Source of the DNA: Camelus ferus
Taxonomy: Eukaryota
Length of the DNA: 64,000 nt
Direction: 5' to 3'
Assembly (NCBI RefSeq): GCF_009834535.1
Contig: NC_045696.1
Coordinates: 22,632,001-22,696,000 of the forward strand
The position numbers and the translations under genes are program-made. Below, piece after piece: positions 62,455-64,000 of this stretch (positions within the stretch are counted from its first letter, which is position 1; the number at the start of each line of letters is the position of its first letter). Under the pieces are notes generated by a model that was not told the origin of the DNA, made no database searches, and saw only the letters and a list, made by a program, of their open reading frames with translations.

Positions 62455-63150
62455 GCATTATAGTTTTTGAGTGCTTTGCTTTCGCTTAGGCCCCATGCTC
62501 TGCTAAGTACTTCATGTGGACTACCTCACGCAATTCTTATAAAAATCATATAAGATGAGACTATTACTACCTTTTATTAATTAAAAAAGTACTAAGACAA
62601 TTTTTTTGAGAGCAGTTTTAGGTTCAGAGGTTACATTACTTGATCGTTATCACATAACTACTAAACGGGAGAGCTGGGATTCTGCACAACATGTCTAATT
62701 TCAGAGAGAGGTCTGCTCATATCTAGGACACGCTCATAGGGGAATGAGAGTCCGCACTTCCTGAGAGTTACCTCGGTGACTGAAGGAGATAGAGGTTAGC
62801 CGTTTGTCTTCATTTCTTCAATAAAACAAGCTGTATCTACACCTGAGTCCAAATAAACATCCACATAGTAATAATGATTGGCATTTAATGTATCATCATT
62901 TACTTAAAAACTTCTTTCTTTTAACCTTAATCCTAATTATAATGTCATATACAAAAATATATTTGTGGGTAATGGATTAACATGATGATGAAGACAGTTT
63001 TTGAGGGCAATGAGAACATAGAAGTGACCTCAGAGATACTCTGATTGAACACCTTCATTTTGCAGATGAGAATGTTCAACCTAAAGTGAAAAATCTGGCC
63101 AGTGATAGCACCAGAAACAGAAAGGAGGTCTGCAGCATTCCAGTCTGGGG
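62455..63150. mobile_element. MIR fragments (~62455-62720 and ~63020-63150)
   Basis: tgctaagtacttcatgtggactacctcacgcaattct; cttcattttgcagatgagaat. Confidence 0.55.
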
Positions 63151-63155
63151 CTCTT

Positions 63156-63643
63156 CAGCCATTCTAAAGTGTGATCTGGGGGTCCGCAGGACCTTTTCAG
63201 GGACCCGTAAGGTCAGACTCTTTCTTTAGTAATGCCAGCATGTTACTTGCCTTGTTCTCTCTCATTCCCTCAATAGTTGTCAGTAGTTTTCCGGAAAATG
63301 CATTGCCTGTGACTTCACAACAGACTGAAGGCAAAAGCAGACATGTGATTATAGCCAATTAAGCCAACCAATAAAAAAAAAGTTCACACAAATGTAAAAC
63401 AATACAACTCTTCTCAAGTATCTATTTTTTTGGAAAATAGCACACTTTTTCTTGAAAAATGTATTGTTTATGTTAACATGCAATCTGCTTATTATTTTTA
63501 TTTTAATAAATTAAGTATTTCAAAAGTTTCTGTTTTAATTTCTAATAGAGTAAATAGGTATAATCTATATACATGTACTTTGGCATCCTCAATAATTTTT
63601 AGTAATTTAAAGGGTCTTAAGGTCAACAGTTTGACAACTGCTG
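63156..63643 (+). mobile_element. Charlie4a-like hAT MITE
   Basis: ctaaagtgtgatctgggggtccgcaggaccttttcaggg...caacagactgaaggcaaaagcagacatg...cctcaataatttttag...agtttgacaactgctg. Confidence 0.8.
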
Positions 63644-64000
63644 TCAGATATTTACTGAAAATATTTTTAAGCTCTGTGCTTATTAGGAAATCAGTATTGT
63701 TTTAATAAACATTATATTTCAGTGTTTCAAATCTTTATATACTGTAAGATCTTTTTCCTTAATTTTTTTATATCTGTGACCAAAAAACCCCCCATATTAT
63801 AGTGAAATTTACCTTATTTCTACACATTCCATATTTCAATGTTTAATCATGCTTCCCAAGGATTAAATTAAATTTTACATAAATGTATTCTTTGCTCATT
63901 TTCCTAGAGAATATTTCAGCACAGAAAGCAATTTTATAACCTAAGTTAGATTACTTCTCATCTTTATTACTAATTTAAATCATATTTCTCGAAGTTAAAG

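Overview
AT-rich, CpG-poor mammalian genomic DNA, either intergenic or inside a long intron. I can support no protein-coding host exon, RNA gene or CpG island. The few recognisable ORF-track translations are decayed LINE-1 ORF2 pieces; the rest look like chance frames. Much of the window is transposon debris: LINE-1 of several ages, L2, MIR, MaLR/ERVL LTR elements and DNA transposons (MER53, MER58, Tigger, Charlie). The young L1 3' ends and the absence of Alu, B1, Bov-tA, PRE or Can SINEs suggest a laurasiatherian, most likely a camelid (inference). Most notable are: a fossil hAT-Tip100 (Zaphod-like) transposase on the minus strand at ~37.5-39.7 kb that the ORF track misses; a nested ERVL > MLT2 > 3'-truncated L1 stack at 5.0-11.0 kb; a two-LTR MaLR provirus at 58.1-60.4 kb; two twin-priming L1 inversions; a MER53 hairpin with a perfect TSD; and a candidate recursive splice site at 23.9 kb. 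I see no convincing novel biological system. Repeat subfamily names come from recalled consensus sequences, and boundaries are approximate unless a TSD is quoted.
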